Part shown: positions 29,179 through 38,897 of the stretch, one piece after another | Position numbering within the stretch: the stretch's first letter is position 1 | Layout: the number at the start of each line of letters is the position of its first letter | Program-made: the position numbers and the translations under genes | Origin: Leptospiraceae bacterium | Lineage (GTDB): Bacteria > Spirochaetota > Leptospiria > Leptospirales > Leptonemataceae | Length of the DNA stretch: 64,000 nt | Direction: 5' to 3' | Assembly: GCA_040217195.1 (NCBI GenBank) | Contig: JAVJNR010000009.1 | Coordinates: forward strand, 128,001 to 192,000 | Notes under the pieces: model-generated | Databases searched by the model: none | What the model was told of the DNA's origin: nothing | Seen by the model: only the letters and a program-made list of their open reading frames with translations

Positions 29179-29807
29179 TGAAGCCTATTGCAGGCCTTCC
29201 ACTTCGCAATCATTTCATCCCCGCAGAACGAAGAGACTCCGCATTGCTGGTCATTATGCATGGCCTGGGCGATCGTATGGAGTCTTTTTTCGATTTCCCG
29301 GAAATGCTTCTGGGAAGCAAGATCTCCTATCTATTTCTAAACGCTCCTGATCCTTACGTGGTAGGCTGGAAGTGGTACGATCTGGATGGCCAGCAAGAGA
29401 CTGGCCTGAAAAACTCCAGGAGCCTATTAGACCAAACCCTCCAATACTTACGAAAGCACCAGGGCATTGCACCGGAGAGTATAGTGCTTTCTGGATTCAG
29501 CCAGGGCGCTGTTGTCAGCCTTTACACAGGGATTCGGAGTGAATTGCCACTTGCAGGTATTGGAGCTCTGTCAGGTTATCTGTTCGGCGGCGTGGACGAT
29601 GCCACAGAGGCAAGCAAGGAAACGCCCATCTTCATGACCCATGGATTATACGATGAAGTGCTACCCTATGAGCGATCCGAAGGTCATGGCCAGTTGCTTT
29701 CGGAGGCCGGTTACAAACTGGACTGGAGGGAGTATCCCATGGGGCATCAGATTTGCCAGGAAGAAATGCAGGATTTCGCACACTGGTTGAGCGCTATTGC
29801 TGGCTGA
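29178..29807 (+). CDS. phospholipase/carboxylesterase (alpha/beta hydrolase)
   Basis: MHGLGD, GFSQG, HGLYDEV, YPMGH. Confidence 0.92.
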   Translation: MKPIAGLPLRNHFIPAERRDSALLVIMHGLGDRMESFFDFPEMLLGSKISYLFLNAPDPYVVGWKWYDLDGQQETGLKNSRSLLDQTLQYLRKHQGIAPESIVLSGFSQGAVVSLYTGIRSELPLAGIGALSGYLFGGVDDATEASKETPIFMTHGLYDEVLPYERSEGHGQLLSEAGYKLDWREYPMGHQICQEEMQDFAHWLSAIAG

Positions 29808-29836
29808 TTTTAACACTTCCATCCGAGCCTCTCAAA

Positions 29837-31150
29837 CTAACTTTGCAAAAGCGCTTTCAGGTCATTGAGCCAGAGAAGCAAAGTTAATAAAACAACCCAT
29901 AGAAACGACAATCGAAACATCCAGTTCTTTCGCAGAAATGCCAGAAATACCATGGCAGGCGCAAATAGGCGTACTATATTTGCAAAGGTTAGCCAGTACT
30001 CCTGGGCGCTGGCCATAGAGATAAGTGCAAGATTCAACCAGAGGCCAGGAAGCACAAATCTATGTTCCATCCAGGAGCCCTTACCCTTCCAGCAGCGAAT
30101 AAATAGCAACAGGGCAAGAATGGTCAGCCAGAGGATTCCAGGCAATAGAAGGCCGCGACCGCTAATTAGTGCAGGCCGGGTCTGAATAAAATCCAGGACT
30201 CCCGAAAACGGGATGTTCATTTTGCCGCCAGCCCCATCGCCGGAGAAAAAGCCAGCCCATAGATACCAGGCAAAGGCAATGGCTCCAGAAAGCAGCAGTG
30301 CTACGATTACTGGCCAGCGAAGCACCACACTAAAATCTCTTTCAAGAATCGAACCTATTTTCGCAGCCCCACTTTTTCCAGATCCAATAGCCCGGAAAAT
30401 TTTAGTAAAAGCAGCCACCGATAATCCAGCACCAAAAGCCAGACCCACAATAAACATTGTTTCTTTACTTAGAAATCCCAGGATCAAAAGGAAAGCGCTG
30501 GCTCCATAAACTAACAGTGGGCTTTTTCGCATCATCCCTGACTGGCCAGAAATCCTGCCGGAACCTTTCTGAAGCAACAGAAGAATCGCAACCAGAGATG
30601 CAGAAAGGGCCAGAGGCTCGGCCAGATTCAACCCAAAGGAAAGCAGGCTTACAGGATTCAAAGCGAACAGCCATCCTGCTCGCGGACGAGCCGAAAAGAG
30701 CATAGAGGATGCACATAGATGAACAAGGAGCAAAAGAAGAGGCATCCCCAGCATCAGCGCGCGGGAGCCCAGACCAAAGAGCCAGCCAGTAACCAGCGGA
30801 AATCCAATACGAGGAAGTCGAAAGCCCATGCTATCCACTACCAGAACGTCTGAATTCGTTTTTGAGTCTTTCAGTTCAGAAAGAGAAACAAGTGTATAGT
30901 CGCTGTAGATCGCAGCAGCTACGTAGTAGTAGAATTGGCCATCGTATCCTCCTGTGGAAAAGACAGGAGCCCCTTCCGGGATCACAGAAGAGTTCAAACC
31001 AGAAAAGCAAACATCATCTACAATACAACCAAACCCAATTAAGGATCCGGGCCCACCAAAGCGGGCGGAACGCAAAGCTGCATAAGATAGGAAAATCGAT
31101 GCTACAATGAGAAGGAATAGATATTTATTTCGAAACACCCAGTGATTCAT
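29837..31150 (-). CDS. GT-C-like polytopic membrane protein (AZOBR_p60025-like glycopolymer formation)
   Basis: GYDGQFYYY motif after first TM, LAEPL, SKET, many TM helices; start ATG 31150. Confidence 0.65.
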   Translation of the reverse strand: MNHWVFRNKYLFLLIVASIFLSYAALRSARFGGPGSLIGFGCIVDDVCFSGLNSSVIPEGAPVFSTGGYDGQFYYYVAAAIYSDYTLVSLSELKDSKTNSDVLVVDSMGFRLPRIGFPLVTGWLFGLGSRALMLGMPLLLLLVHLCASSMLFSARPRAGWLFALNPVSLLSFGLNLAEPLALSASLVAILLLLQKGSGRISGQSGMMRKSPLLVYGASAFLLILGFLSKETMFIVGLAFGAGLSVAAFTKIFRAIGSGKSGAAKIGSILERDFSVVLRWPVIVALLLSGAIAFAWYLWAGFFSGDGAGGKMNIPFSGVLDFIQTRPALISGRGLLLPGILWLTILALLLFIRCWKGKGSWMEHRFVLPGLWLNLALISMASAQEYWLTFANIVRLFAPAMVFLAFLRKNWMFRLSFLWVVLLTLLLWLNDLKALLQS

Positions 31151-31580
31151 ACGGAGTCGTTCTTCCATGCTGATCCACGCGAAAATGGGTACCGCAGGCC
31201 GGGCAACCGTAAAGTCCGGCTCCCTGAATCTGGAGTTTTCTTGCGCAATCCGGGCAACGAGCCGTGGGCCCTGCATCTGCCTGGGAGCTTTCCACAACCT
31301 GCTCATCAGAACTGCAAAGAGCTATTCCATCATGGAAATTCCATCCGCAATATTGAAGGGCCACTCTACAATCTGAATTCAAATCCAGGATGGCCAGCTG
31401 GCTGCCTGCTTTTTCCACTCTATCTTTCAGCAAACAGGCAGAAGCAAAGTCCACGGAAAAAAGAGAAGATCCATCCGCTCTGTAGCGAATGTGCGGCCTG
31501 GATCCAATTTCTTCCATTACGGATTCTACCATGGGCCGATCCAGTGTGCCTTTCAGTATAAAATGTACGGTCTGGTTCAT
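31125..31580 (-). CDS. STAS-like domain plus C4 zinc-ribbon protein
   Basis: LKGTLD...LFSVD...LAILDLN STAS-like pattern; CPDC and CPAC pairs. Confidence 0.6.
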   Translation of the reverse strand: MNQTVHFILKGTLDRPMVESVMEEIGSRPHIRYRADGSSLFSVDFASACLLKDRVEKAGSQLAILDLNSDCRVALQYCGWNFHDGIALCSSDEQVVESSQADAGPTARCPDCARKLQIQGAGLYGCPACGTHFRVDQHGRTTPYESLGVSK

Positions 31581-31623
31581 AACTTGTTTGCTATCTGCGA
31601 GTCTAAATGGTTTTGAGTCCTAC

Positions 31624-32478
31624 ATGGAGCCTGTATCTCGTCTGAGATTGATTCTGGGCTGGAGTCTGGAAGTATTGCTGCTTCTTCTGCAGCTTATCTT
31701 CGTCTTTTTGCCCTTTCCACTGCCTTCTTACAGAAGAGGAAGGCGTGGTACTGTTATCATCGTCACAGATATACTGACCTCGCCACTGTTTTATTTTCTC
31801 CTGGCCAGCAGGCTAAAAAAAAATGGTTACAGTGTTTTCGTTCATTCCTGCTACAATCCGCTAAAAGGATTTCGCGTCCATGCACGAACGCTATCGGCCA
31901 ACCTGGAGAAATGGAATGTCCATCGAGCAACTCTGCTCTGCCACGGCTCCGGAGGGCTTACCTCTCTTGGATTACCTGATCCCGGGCGCCAGAGGATCCA
32001 TAACCTGGTCACCCTGGGTGCGCCCTTCCATGGAACCACTCTTCTAAACTGGCTTCCATTCATTCCTGCATTTCATGATCTAACTCCTGGAAGTGAATAC
32101 CTGCTCATCAATCGAATGAATGCACTTCTATTTCCATCCTTCTCTCCTTTTGTTCCCTGGAAAGATGAATGGATTGTTCCATCCGGCCTTGCCCGATTCG
32201 GCCAGGGACGGGACCTGATCTTGGACTGGCCTGGACGATTAAATCTTCTTTTCAGTGCCGATGTAGGCGATACCGTAATGGAGCATCTGAATCGAGAATA
32301 TCCCTATCCAGTGACCGCAGCTCATATGGCGCAACAGACCCCGGAACCGGAAGGTGCAGTTCCCAGATCCGCTCCAGTACGCCCCACTCAGGTGCAAAGT
32401 GCTGGAGCCCGGGTCGCAAAGAAATCGGCTACGAAGAAGACAGTCCAGAAGAAAGCGACCAAAAAGAAGAAGAGATAA
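31624..32478 (+). CDS. membrane-anchored lipase-like alpha/beta protein with Lys-rich tail
   Basis: NLVTLGAPFHGT, DEWIVP; nucleophile elbow reads CHGSGG; tail KKSATKKTVQKKATKKKKR. Confidence 0.75.
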   Translation: MEPVSRLRLILGWSLEVLLLLLQLIFVFLPFPLPSYRRGRRGTVIIVTDILTSPLFYFLLASRLKKNGYSVFVHSCYNPLKGFRVHARTLSANLEKWNVHRATLLCHGSGGLTSLGLPDPGRQRIHNLVTLGAPFHGTTLLNWLPFIPAFHDLTPGSEYLLINRMNALLFPSFSPFVPWKDEWIVPSGLARFGQGRDLILDWPGRLNLLFSADVGDTVMEHLNREYPYPVTAAHMAQQTPEPEGAVPRSAPVRPTQVQSAGARVAKKSATKKTVQKKATKKKKR

Positions 32479-32565
32479 TCGCTGAATCACGAAAGCCAGA
32501 ATTCTTTGGGTGCAAAGAAAGACCATGGGGCCGAAACAACTGGCCTGTTGCACACATGAAATATT

Positions 32566-33192
32566 GTGATTGCTACGCGCCCCAGAGAGAAGCTGGCTCG
32601 TTCCACTATAGAACAGCTTTCAGACCTGGAACTCTGGATGCTCATTCTGGGCCGCGGAAGCAGAAATCGAAAACTGGAGCCCCTGGCGCAATCGGTTATG
32701 GATTTGCTGGACCGATCCCGGTCCCCCACCCTGCAGGATTTAACTTCACTGAACGGGATCCACACCATCCGGGCCGGAATGATCCAGGCAACTCTGGAGC
32801 TTGGTCGCCGACGATATGCCAGAAATGGTCATCCAATTACCGGGCCGGAGGAAGCCTTTCAAATCCTTCGCTCATTGGGAGATCGCAAACAGGAGCATTT
32901 TCTCTGTCTCAGCCTGAACGGCGCAGGGGATTTAATTCAATTGCATACGATAACAATTGGCCTTGTAAATCGAACATTGATTCATCCCAGAGAAGTATTC
33001 GCTCCTGCCATGGAAGACCGGGCCGCCTCCATTCTGGTAGCTCATAACCATCCATCCGGCAACCTGGAACCCAGCCAGGAAGACAGAGACATTACCAGAC
33101 GATTACAGGAGGCAGGAGATCTTCTGGGAATTCCAGTGCTGGATCATATCGTTTTTCACTCCAGAGACTTTCGAAGCATCCTTTGCGCTTAG
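32566..33192 (+). CDS. radC: RadC / JAB domain protein
   Basis: RPREKL, LSDLEL, HPREVF, HNHPSG, LDHIV. Confidence 0.93.
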   Translation: MIATRPREKLARSTIEQLSDLELWMLILGRGSRNRKLEPLAQSVMDLLDRSRSPTLQDLTSLNGIHTIRAGMIQATLELGRRRYARNGHPITGPEEAFQILRSLGDRKQEHFLCLSLNGAGDLIQLHTITIGLVNRTLIHPREVFAPAMEDRAASILVAHNHPSGNLEPSQEDRDITRRLQEAGDLLGIPVLDHIVFHSRDFRSILCA

Positions 33193-33312
33193 ACATAAAC
33201 AGGGCCCATTCTGGCCGTTGTCGTTGGTAATAATTCTTGAAAGAATAGAACTCTTATAGTGACACAGAAGGTTTGCCCTCCTGAACCACCCGACAAAATC
33301 TGGTCATAGATT

Positions 33313-33657
33313 ATGCGAGCCACCGTACTTTCTGTCCTTCTTTTGAGCACTCTGGCGCTGGCGAATTGTGCCACATCCAGTGCTGGAATTGCCACTTCCA
33401 ACATTCCTCTTACTGGCAAGAATTACCGAATCGTAGGTAACGGTCAGTCACAGGTGGACTGGTGGAGCGTGGATATCGGGGTTCTTGGCCTGCCTCTGCA
33501 GGAACCACCCATTGACAAAGCTGTACAGGAATTGATCCAGGCCCACAATGGAGATGCTCTTATCAACCTGAGATACAGCACCGATCGATTTATTTTCCTG
33601 TTTATGACCAGGCATCGGTTCACTTTAAAGGCGGACGTAGTCAAAGTTCAAAACTGA
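33313..33657 (+). CDS. TRL-like small lipoprotein
   Basis: LANC lipobox; SAGIATSNIPL, GDALINL. Confidence 0.75.
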   Translation: MRATVLSVLLLSTLALANCATSSAGIATSNIPLTGKNYRIVGNGQSQVDWWSVDIGVLGLPLQEPPIDKAVQELIQAHNGDALINLRYSTDRFIFLFMTRHRFTLKADVVKVQN

Positions 33658-34166
33658 TGTCAGTCAGGTCTTACAATCAGGCCCTTGCTCCGGTGCTCCT
33701 ATCGGCTTGCATCCTTTTCGGCAATTGCTTTCCAGGAGGAATGTCCGAGGAAGGCGGATTCGTAGATCATGCCGGCTGGATTCCGGAAGCCACATTGACG
33801 AACAATGCTCCCTATGACTTTGTCTGTCCGGATCCAGAAGAAGTGAAGCGCCGTCAATCCCTGAAAGAAGAAGGACTGCCAGTACCGGGTGAGCCCCCTG
33901 TAAGATACGTTTCGCCCGAAGAATACACAGGTGGATGCGAACAGACTGCCAGCACCTCCGTCTATTATTTGTTCCATCTCTTTCCCGCCACTCCTCCCAT
34001 GGATGCACACTATGCCCTGGGCCTGGCTGTACAGAAACTGGAAGGCGATACAATGATAAATATCAAAACCTGGCATGAAACCCATTATTATTCCATTTTG
34101 GGGCATGTCCGATTATTCAAAGTAAAAGGACATGTGATTCGCTTTAAGAAGAGGCCAGAAAAATGA
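33657..34166 (+). CDS. TRL-like lipoprotein
   Basis: FGNC lipobox; YYLFHLFP, EGDTMINI paralogous to the upstream gene; TGATG coupling. Confidence 0.75.
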   Translation: MSVRSYNQALAPVLLSACILFGNCFPGGMSEEGGFVDHAGWIPEATLTNNAPYDFVCPDPEEVKRRQSLKEEGLPVPGEPPVRYVSPEEYTGGCEQTASTSVYYLFHLFPATPPMDAHYALGLAVQKLEGDTMINIKTWHETHYYSILGHVRLFKVKGHVIRFKKRPEK

Positions 34167-34459
34167 AACGAGTATGGACCATACTTGCACTGGCCTGCAT
34201 TACCTTCGTAGCTGCTTGTCCGGAAAACACTACGGTTCCGGAAGATGAGGCATGGAGTCAGATTTACGCTGCCATCGACTACAAAGCCCGAGAATGCGGT
34301 AATCAACCCAACTATATTTTGATCGTTCCCCGGGAACCTTCGCAGTACGGAGTGGAGCTCTGTTCCCTTACCATTCTTCGACAGGAATGTCCCTTCAATG
34401 ATTATCCGATTTTCTGTGTGGAAATGTACGAAATTGACCTACCGGGGATAGGCCCCTGA
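34163..34459 (+). CDS. small Cys-rich lipoprotein
   Basis: VAAC lipobox, four mature Cys; ATGA overlap. Confidence 0.75.
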   Translation: MKRVWTILALACITFVAACPENTTVPEDEAWSQIYAAIDYKARECGNQPNYILIVPREPSQYGVELCSLTILRQECPFNDYPIFCVEMYEIDLPGIGP

Positions 34460-34460
34460 G

Positions 34461-37052
34461 ATGAAAGCGACTCGCAGGATACTTCCGGCCAGATTCGCAG
34501 CTCAGCCTGATGCGAAGAGCAAAGGACCGTTCTGGAAGCGGTCCCCTGGTGGCTTTCGCATCGCCCTGCTGAGTATTGCACTATTTCTTCCTTCCTTACT
34601 ATCTGCCTTTGAAGTACAGGTCCGGGTTTATGATCCAGTAAGTCGTAAGCCTGTACCGGATGCGCAGGTAATCGTCAAAGAAACCGGGCAGCAAACCTAC
34701 ACGGACGGTCGGGGGATGGCTACCCTGGAAGTGCCGGAACCGGGCTTTTATACCGTACGAGCCATATTGCCCGATGGAAACCTTGTCCAGCCAAGACTGC
34801 AGGTCCAGGGAGCCGGGCAGACACTTACAATCTTCACATCAGAGCCAGAGAGCCAGCCAGAGCCTTCCGGCCCGGAAACCCAGGTTGTGGAAGATGAAGG
34901 CATTGTAGTCCGTGGCCGGAGAGATAAACAAAACCTCTCCAGATACAACGTCAGACTGGATGAGGTGCGAAGACTTCCGGGCCAGTTCGGAGAGGCTCTT
35001 CGAGGCATCGAATCCCTGCCAGGCGTAAATGCACCACCGTTCGGCAATGGAGACATTGTATTGCGAGGTGCCAATGAAAACGCAAATACATACCTTTTAG
35101 ATGAACTTCCTCTAGGCTATCCATTTCATCTGCTGGGTCTGAACTCAGTAGTTCAGAACAATATCATCAATAGCATTGATGTGTATTCCGGTTCTTATCC
35201 GGTTAAGTACGGAGATGCCACAGGTGGAGTCATTTCCATTGATACCATCGATTCGGTGGAAAAATTTGGCGGTCATACAACCTTTTCTCTCTGGTCTGCC
35301 AGCGTTCTGCTCAAAGCCCCAATAGGAGAGAAAGGAGAGGATGGATACTGGGTGGCCGGTGTTCGCGGCTCCTATCTGGACAAAACTCTGGGCAACCTGG
35401 TCCCGTCTGGATATACTCTTATTCCTCGCTATCAAGATGCACAGTTCAAACTTCGCTACAATCTAACCAACAGGCAGAGCCTGTACTTCTACGTTCTGGG
35501 AGCAAAAGACACTTTAATTGCATCTGTGGATAATCGTCCTACCTGGGATCCTACCACAGAAATCAGTCCGACTCTGTTCGGAGCAAGCATTGCTCTGGAC
35601 CGTGTTTTTCACACAGAGGCTATTCGACATATATGGCAGCCAAATGCGAAGTTTCAGCTCAAGACTACTCTTCTAAATCATAACAACATCGCCTATACAG
35701 ATGGAACTCTTGGAATCATAGATGCGAAGCAAAACCTGGAAAACGGTTATGCAGCCCTTCGAACCGAAGCCTTTATGGAGCTCTGGAAAGAACATGCATT
35801 TCTGGATGTTGGTCTGGAGGCTCGCCGATTTCGCTACGTATTCGAAGGCACCACGGTTCAGCAGGTAGATGTTCTGGATCAGAATCCGGACCTTTTTGAC
35901 ACAACCGACCCTGACTTCTCGGTGGTACCGGTAGATGATAGAAACTTCGCAAGCTTCAACAGTGGGTATGCAATGCTCACCTTACGAGGCTGGTGGATCG
36001 AGTTCAAGCCTGGAGTTCGAGTGGATTATTTCGGTCCCACAAAGCAACGGGTCACAGATCCAAGAGGTACATTGTCACTGCAGCTTCCTACAGAAACCAC
36101 ATTTACAGCCGGCGGAGGCATCTATCATCGAGTTCCTGATCCAGAGCAATACAGTCCCACCTCGGGCAATCCCAGACTGAAGCTGGAACAGGCGGATCAT
36201 GCTGCCCTGGGTGTAGAGCAGGTTCTGGGAAACTGGATAATCAAGCTGGAGGGCTTTCGCCAGGTATATAGAGATATTGTAATTTCAGATCCTTATGCCA
36301 GGCTTGCCTTTCGAGAAAATCCAGATCCCTACACTCAGTATGAAACTCCAATACTCGTAAACACTCCGGCCTACTATTCCAATAGCGGCTATGGCTATTC
36401 AGAAGGTATAGAATTCTACATTAAGCGCAGTAAACCGCCCAATGAATCAGGCTGGTATGGATGGATTTCCTATACCTATTCCAGAAGCTTTCGAGACGAC
36501 AATCGTTTCCGGCCCAGTCCATTTGCGCCCTCCACTCAGTACACGGCCGATGAGCTTCGCCTTTTGCAGCAGTATGATAACACAGATGCCATTTATGCAG
36601 ATTTCGACCGAACTCATATTATTAATGTAATCCTGGGCTATAAGATCAATCCGGAATGGCAGGTTGGAATTAAATGGCGCTACGCCACCTCCAGGCCATT
36701 CACTGAGATCATTGGCGATGATGGGGCCCAGCAGAATAACGACGGCAGACCCATTTTTGATCCTGTATATTCTCCCTTCGAAAACACATTGCGGTTGAAG
36801 CCCTACCATCGTCTTGACATTCGCATTGATCGATTCTTTAACTATGAATGGGGCTTTGGTAACGTTTTCATTGAAGCGCTAAATATCTATCTCAGGGACA
36901 ATCCAGGAGCTTATTCATTTGATGATAGCCAGCCATTTTCAAAAGCCAATCCATCTGTCACTCCAGAGTTCGGGAATCTGGTTGTGCCTACATCCAACGA
37001 AGCCGGTCTTCGCATTCCTCTGATTAATTTCGGCGTGGAGGTGCAGTTCTAA
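34461..37052 (+). CDS. TonB-dependent receptor with N-terminal CarboxypepD-like domain
   Basis: ESLPGV, VLRGA, IDVYSGSYPVKYGDATGGVI plug; YHRLDIRID; ends VQF. Confidence 0.92.
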   Translation: MKATRRILPARFAAQPDAKSKGPFWKRSPGGFRIALLSIALFLPSLLSAFEVQVRVYDPVSRKPVPDAQVIVKETGQQTYTDGRGMATLEVPEPGFYTVRAILPDGNLVQPRLQVQGAGQTLTIFTSEPESQPEPSGPETQVVEDEGIVVRGRRDKQNLSRYNVRLDEVRRLPGQFGEALRGIESLPGVNAPPFGNGDIVLRGANENANTYLLDELPLGYPFHLLGLNSVVQNNIINSIDVYSGSYPVKYGDATGGVISIDTIDSVEKFGGHTTFSLWSASVLLKAPIGEKGEDGYWVAGVRGSYLDKTLGNLVPSGYTLIPRYQDAQFKLRYNLTNRQSLYFYVLGAKDTLIASVDNRPTWDPTTEISPTLFGASIALDRVFHTEAIRHIWQPNAKFQLKTTLLNHNNIAYTDGTLGIIDAKQNLENGYAALRTEAFMELWKEHAFLDVGLEARRFRYVFEGTTVQQVDVLDQNPDLFDTTDPDFSVVPVDDRNFASFNSGYAMLTLRGWWIEFKPGVRVDYFGPTKQRVTDPRGTLSLQLPTETTFTAGGGIYHRVPDPEQYSPTSGNPRLKLEQADHAALGVEQVLGNWIIKLEGFRQVYRDIVISDPYARLAFRENPDPYTQYETPILVNTPAYYSNSGYGYSEGIEFYIKRSKPPNESGWYGWISYTYSRSFRDDNRFRPSPFAPSTQYTADELRLLQQYDNTDAIYADFDRTHIINVILGYKINPEWQVGIKWRYATSRPFTEIIGDDGAQQNNDGRPIFDPVYSPFENTLRLKPYHRLDIRIDRFFNYEWGFGNVFIEALNIYLRDNPGAYSFDDSQPFSKANPSVTPEFGNLVVPTSNEAGLRIPLINFGVEVQF

Positions 37053-37636
37053 TGCCAGTCTATTTTTCCTGCGAAATACTCATTCGCAGCCAGAAACTAC
37101 TGGTCATTTCTCTGTTCGCTCTGGGGATATTCTCGGGCTGTGAAACAGATTCTTTTGACGATGTGCCAGACACGGAAGAAACGGCCTCATTTTATTTGCT
37201 GCTGACGGCCCCCACCAGGGAATCGGCTCTTGCAAAATGCATTGAAGCAGAAACCATCGCACTTTCCTGCACCAATGATGGTGGCCGGCAAACCCAGTAC
37301 ATAAATGCTGTAGATAGCACCTACAATCCGGACAGCACATCCACGGATGCAACCGCATTATGCAATTCCGAAATCGATGCTGCAGTATTCAACTCGCCTA
37401 CAATATTCACTTATGGAGCCCGGTACTGTCATTTTGAATGTAACCGACAGTACTGGCAGGCAACCAGAAATAGCTCCCTGTGCAACTCCGCTGGCACATC
37501 TGCGGCCATTATTGATCATCAGCAATGCGGCCCCTCAAACTGGCGAAACGAATGCCAGAGCGAAACATTTAAGACCTGTCTTATCGATTGTTTCATCGAT
37601 GGAACAGATACCTACTTCCTGCCCCAGGGCTACTAA
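37052..37636 (+). CDS. Cys-rich lipoprotein
   Basis: FSGC lipobox, ten mature Cys; TAATG coupling with TBDR. Confidence 0.75.
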   Translation: MPVYFSCEILIRSQKLLVISLFALGIFSGCETDSFDDVPDTEETASFYLLLTAPTRESALAKCIEAETIALSCTNDGGRQTQYINAVDSTYNPDSTSTDATALCNSEIDAAVFNSPTIFTYGARYCHFECNRQYWQATRNSSLCNSAGTSAAIIDHQQCGPSNWRNECQSETFKTCLIDCFIDGTDTYFLPQGY

Positions 37637-37684
37637 ATCAAAAAAACTCTTCCCGGCGGGCTCGAGCCTATGCAGTTTAACCCT

Positions 37685-38140
37685 ATGAAACGAACTTCCT
37701 TCACCGCCCTACTTCTAGCAGGCATCCTGGCAGGGACTCTCGGATGCACCGAAACCGAGCAGAGTGGCAGCGATGGCATTCCTGAAGCCAGTATCCGGGC
37801 TGCAGCTCTAAACGAAAAAGTCACTGTTTCGATCACCATTCCAGAGGACCATCATGCCTATCTGAACCGGGGGCCGCATGAAAACCTGATACCGGTGGAC
37901 TTTGACTGGAAACCAGCCCTGGAATCCGGAAAAATTCTTAAAGAGCCCGAACTTGAATCGTCTCCGGAAGGAGAAAAGGAAAAAGAAACAGGCGCTGCGG
38001 TATTGCGAGGCACCGGAGAATTTGTTTTTACTGGAATCAGCCCTGCCGCGGATACATCCCTGCGAGTTAGAACACAGATATGCAATGAAATCACCGGGAT
38101 GTGCTTTCGTCCAGCCTGGCAGACGATAACCATTCAGTAA
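37685..38140 (+). CDS. lipoprotein with DsbD N-terminal (alpha)-like domain
   Basis: TLGC lipobox; ITIPEDHHAY; QICNEITGMCFRP. Confidence 0.7.
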   Translation: MKRTSFTALLLAGILAGTLGCTETEQSGSDGIPEASIRAAALNEKVTVSITIPEDHHAYLNRGPHENLIPVDFDWKPALESGKILKEPELESSPEGEKEKETGAAVLRGTGEFVFTGISPAADTSLRVRTQICNEITGMCFRPAWQTITIQ

Positions 38141-38155
38141 GGATTGGATATCGGA

Positions 38156-38677
38156 ATGGAGAATCGGTTTCGCACAATACTTCTAGCTTCCATAGTTGCC
38201 AGCCTCCTGGTGGGGGCTGCCGGAAGTTTTCTATTTCTGTACTTCCAGGACGGTCTGGGAGCCAATGCAGAAAGCCAGACTGACCAGACTCCACCTGAGT
38301 CAGATATAGCTTCCATAGAACATGGAAACCTTGTAGTGCACAGAAATCCGGCAGAAGCCTTTAGAATAGCCCGGCAAAAGAATCGACCGGTATTTCTGGA
38401 TTTCTATGCAGACTGGTGCGCCAACTGTGTTAAGTTCCAGAGCCGCATGCTGGAAGATAAGGCGTTGAACCAGGCACTGAAGAACTCTGTAATCCTCAAA
38501 GTGGTGGATACAGACGTGGCTTTTGACCATTACTCCAGGGAGGGACGATTTTCCGAGCTAAATGAATCCCTTCCGCTGTTTGCCGTACTGAACTCAAGAA
38601 ATGAACTCATCTGGAAAGGCCAGGATTATCTGGACACAGCGGCCATGATCCAGGCTCTCAAGCAGGCAGGACTGTAA
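38156..38677 (+). CDS. membrane-anchored thioredoxin (DsbD gamma-like)
   Basis: N-terminal TM; PVFLDFYADWCANCVKF. Confidence 0.85.
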   Translation: MENRFRTILLASIVASLLVGAAGSFLFLYFQDGLGANAESQTDQTPPESDIASIEHGNLVVHRNPAEAFRIARQKNRPVFLDFYADWCANCVKFQSRMLEDKALNQALKNSVILKVVDTDVAFDHYSREGRFSELNESLPLFAVLNSRNELIWKGQDYLDTAAMIQALKQAGL

Positions 38678-38897
38678 GAGCCTTTTCGCCGTAAAGAAAG
38701 GGCCTTCGGATCAACGAAACTCATCCATAAGCATTCGAAGCCTTGCTTTTTCTGGCTGGTGCCGCAGCTTCAACGAAATCCAAATTGGCGGCAAGAACAC
38801 TTCATATCTCGACGTCCAGAGCTTAAATCCAACAACGAAAACCGAAGCGAACCGCCATTCGAATCCGCGGTTCAAACCTGCAGCCGATCCAGCAGGT

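Noticed and set aside
29096..29350. 84-aa ORF from the track
   Set aside because: Out of frame with both the SD-supported 44-aa ORF and the esterase it overlaps.
32169..33047. 292-aa ORF overlapping the lipase-like gene and radC
   Set aside because: Alternate frame over two well-supported genes; composition is not protein-like.
32566..33192. radC as a marker of a mobile element
   Set aside because: Full-length chromosomal type with N-terminal region; no integrase, att sites or transfer genes nearby.
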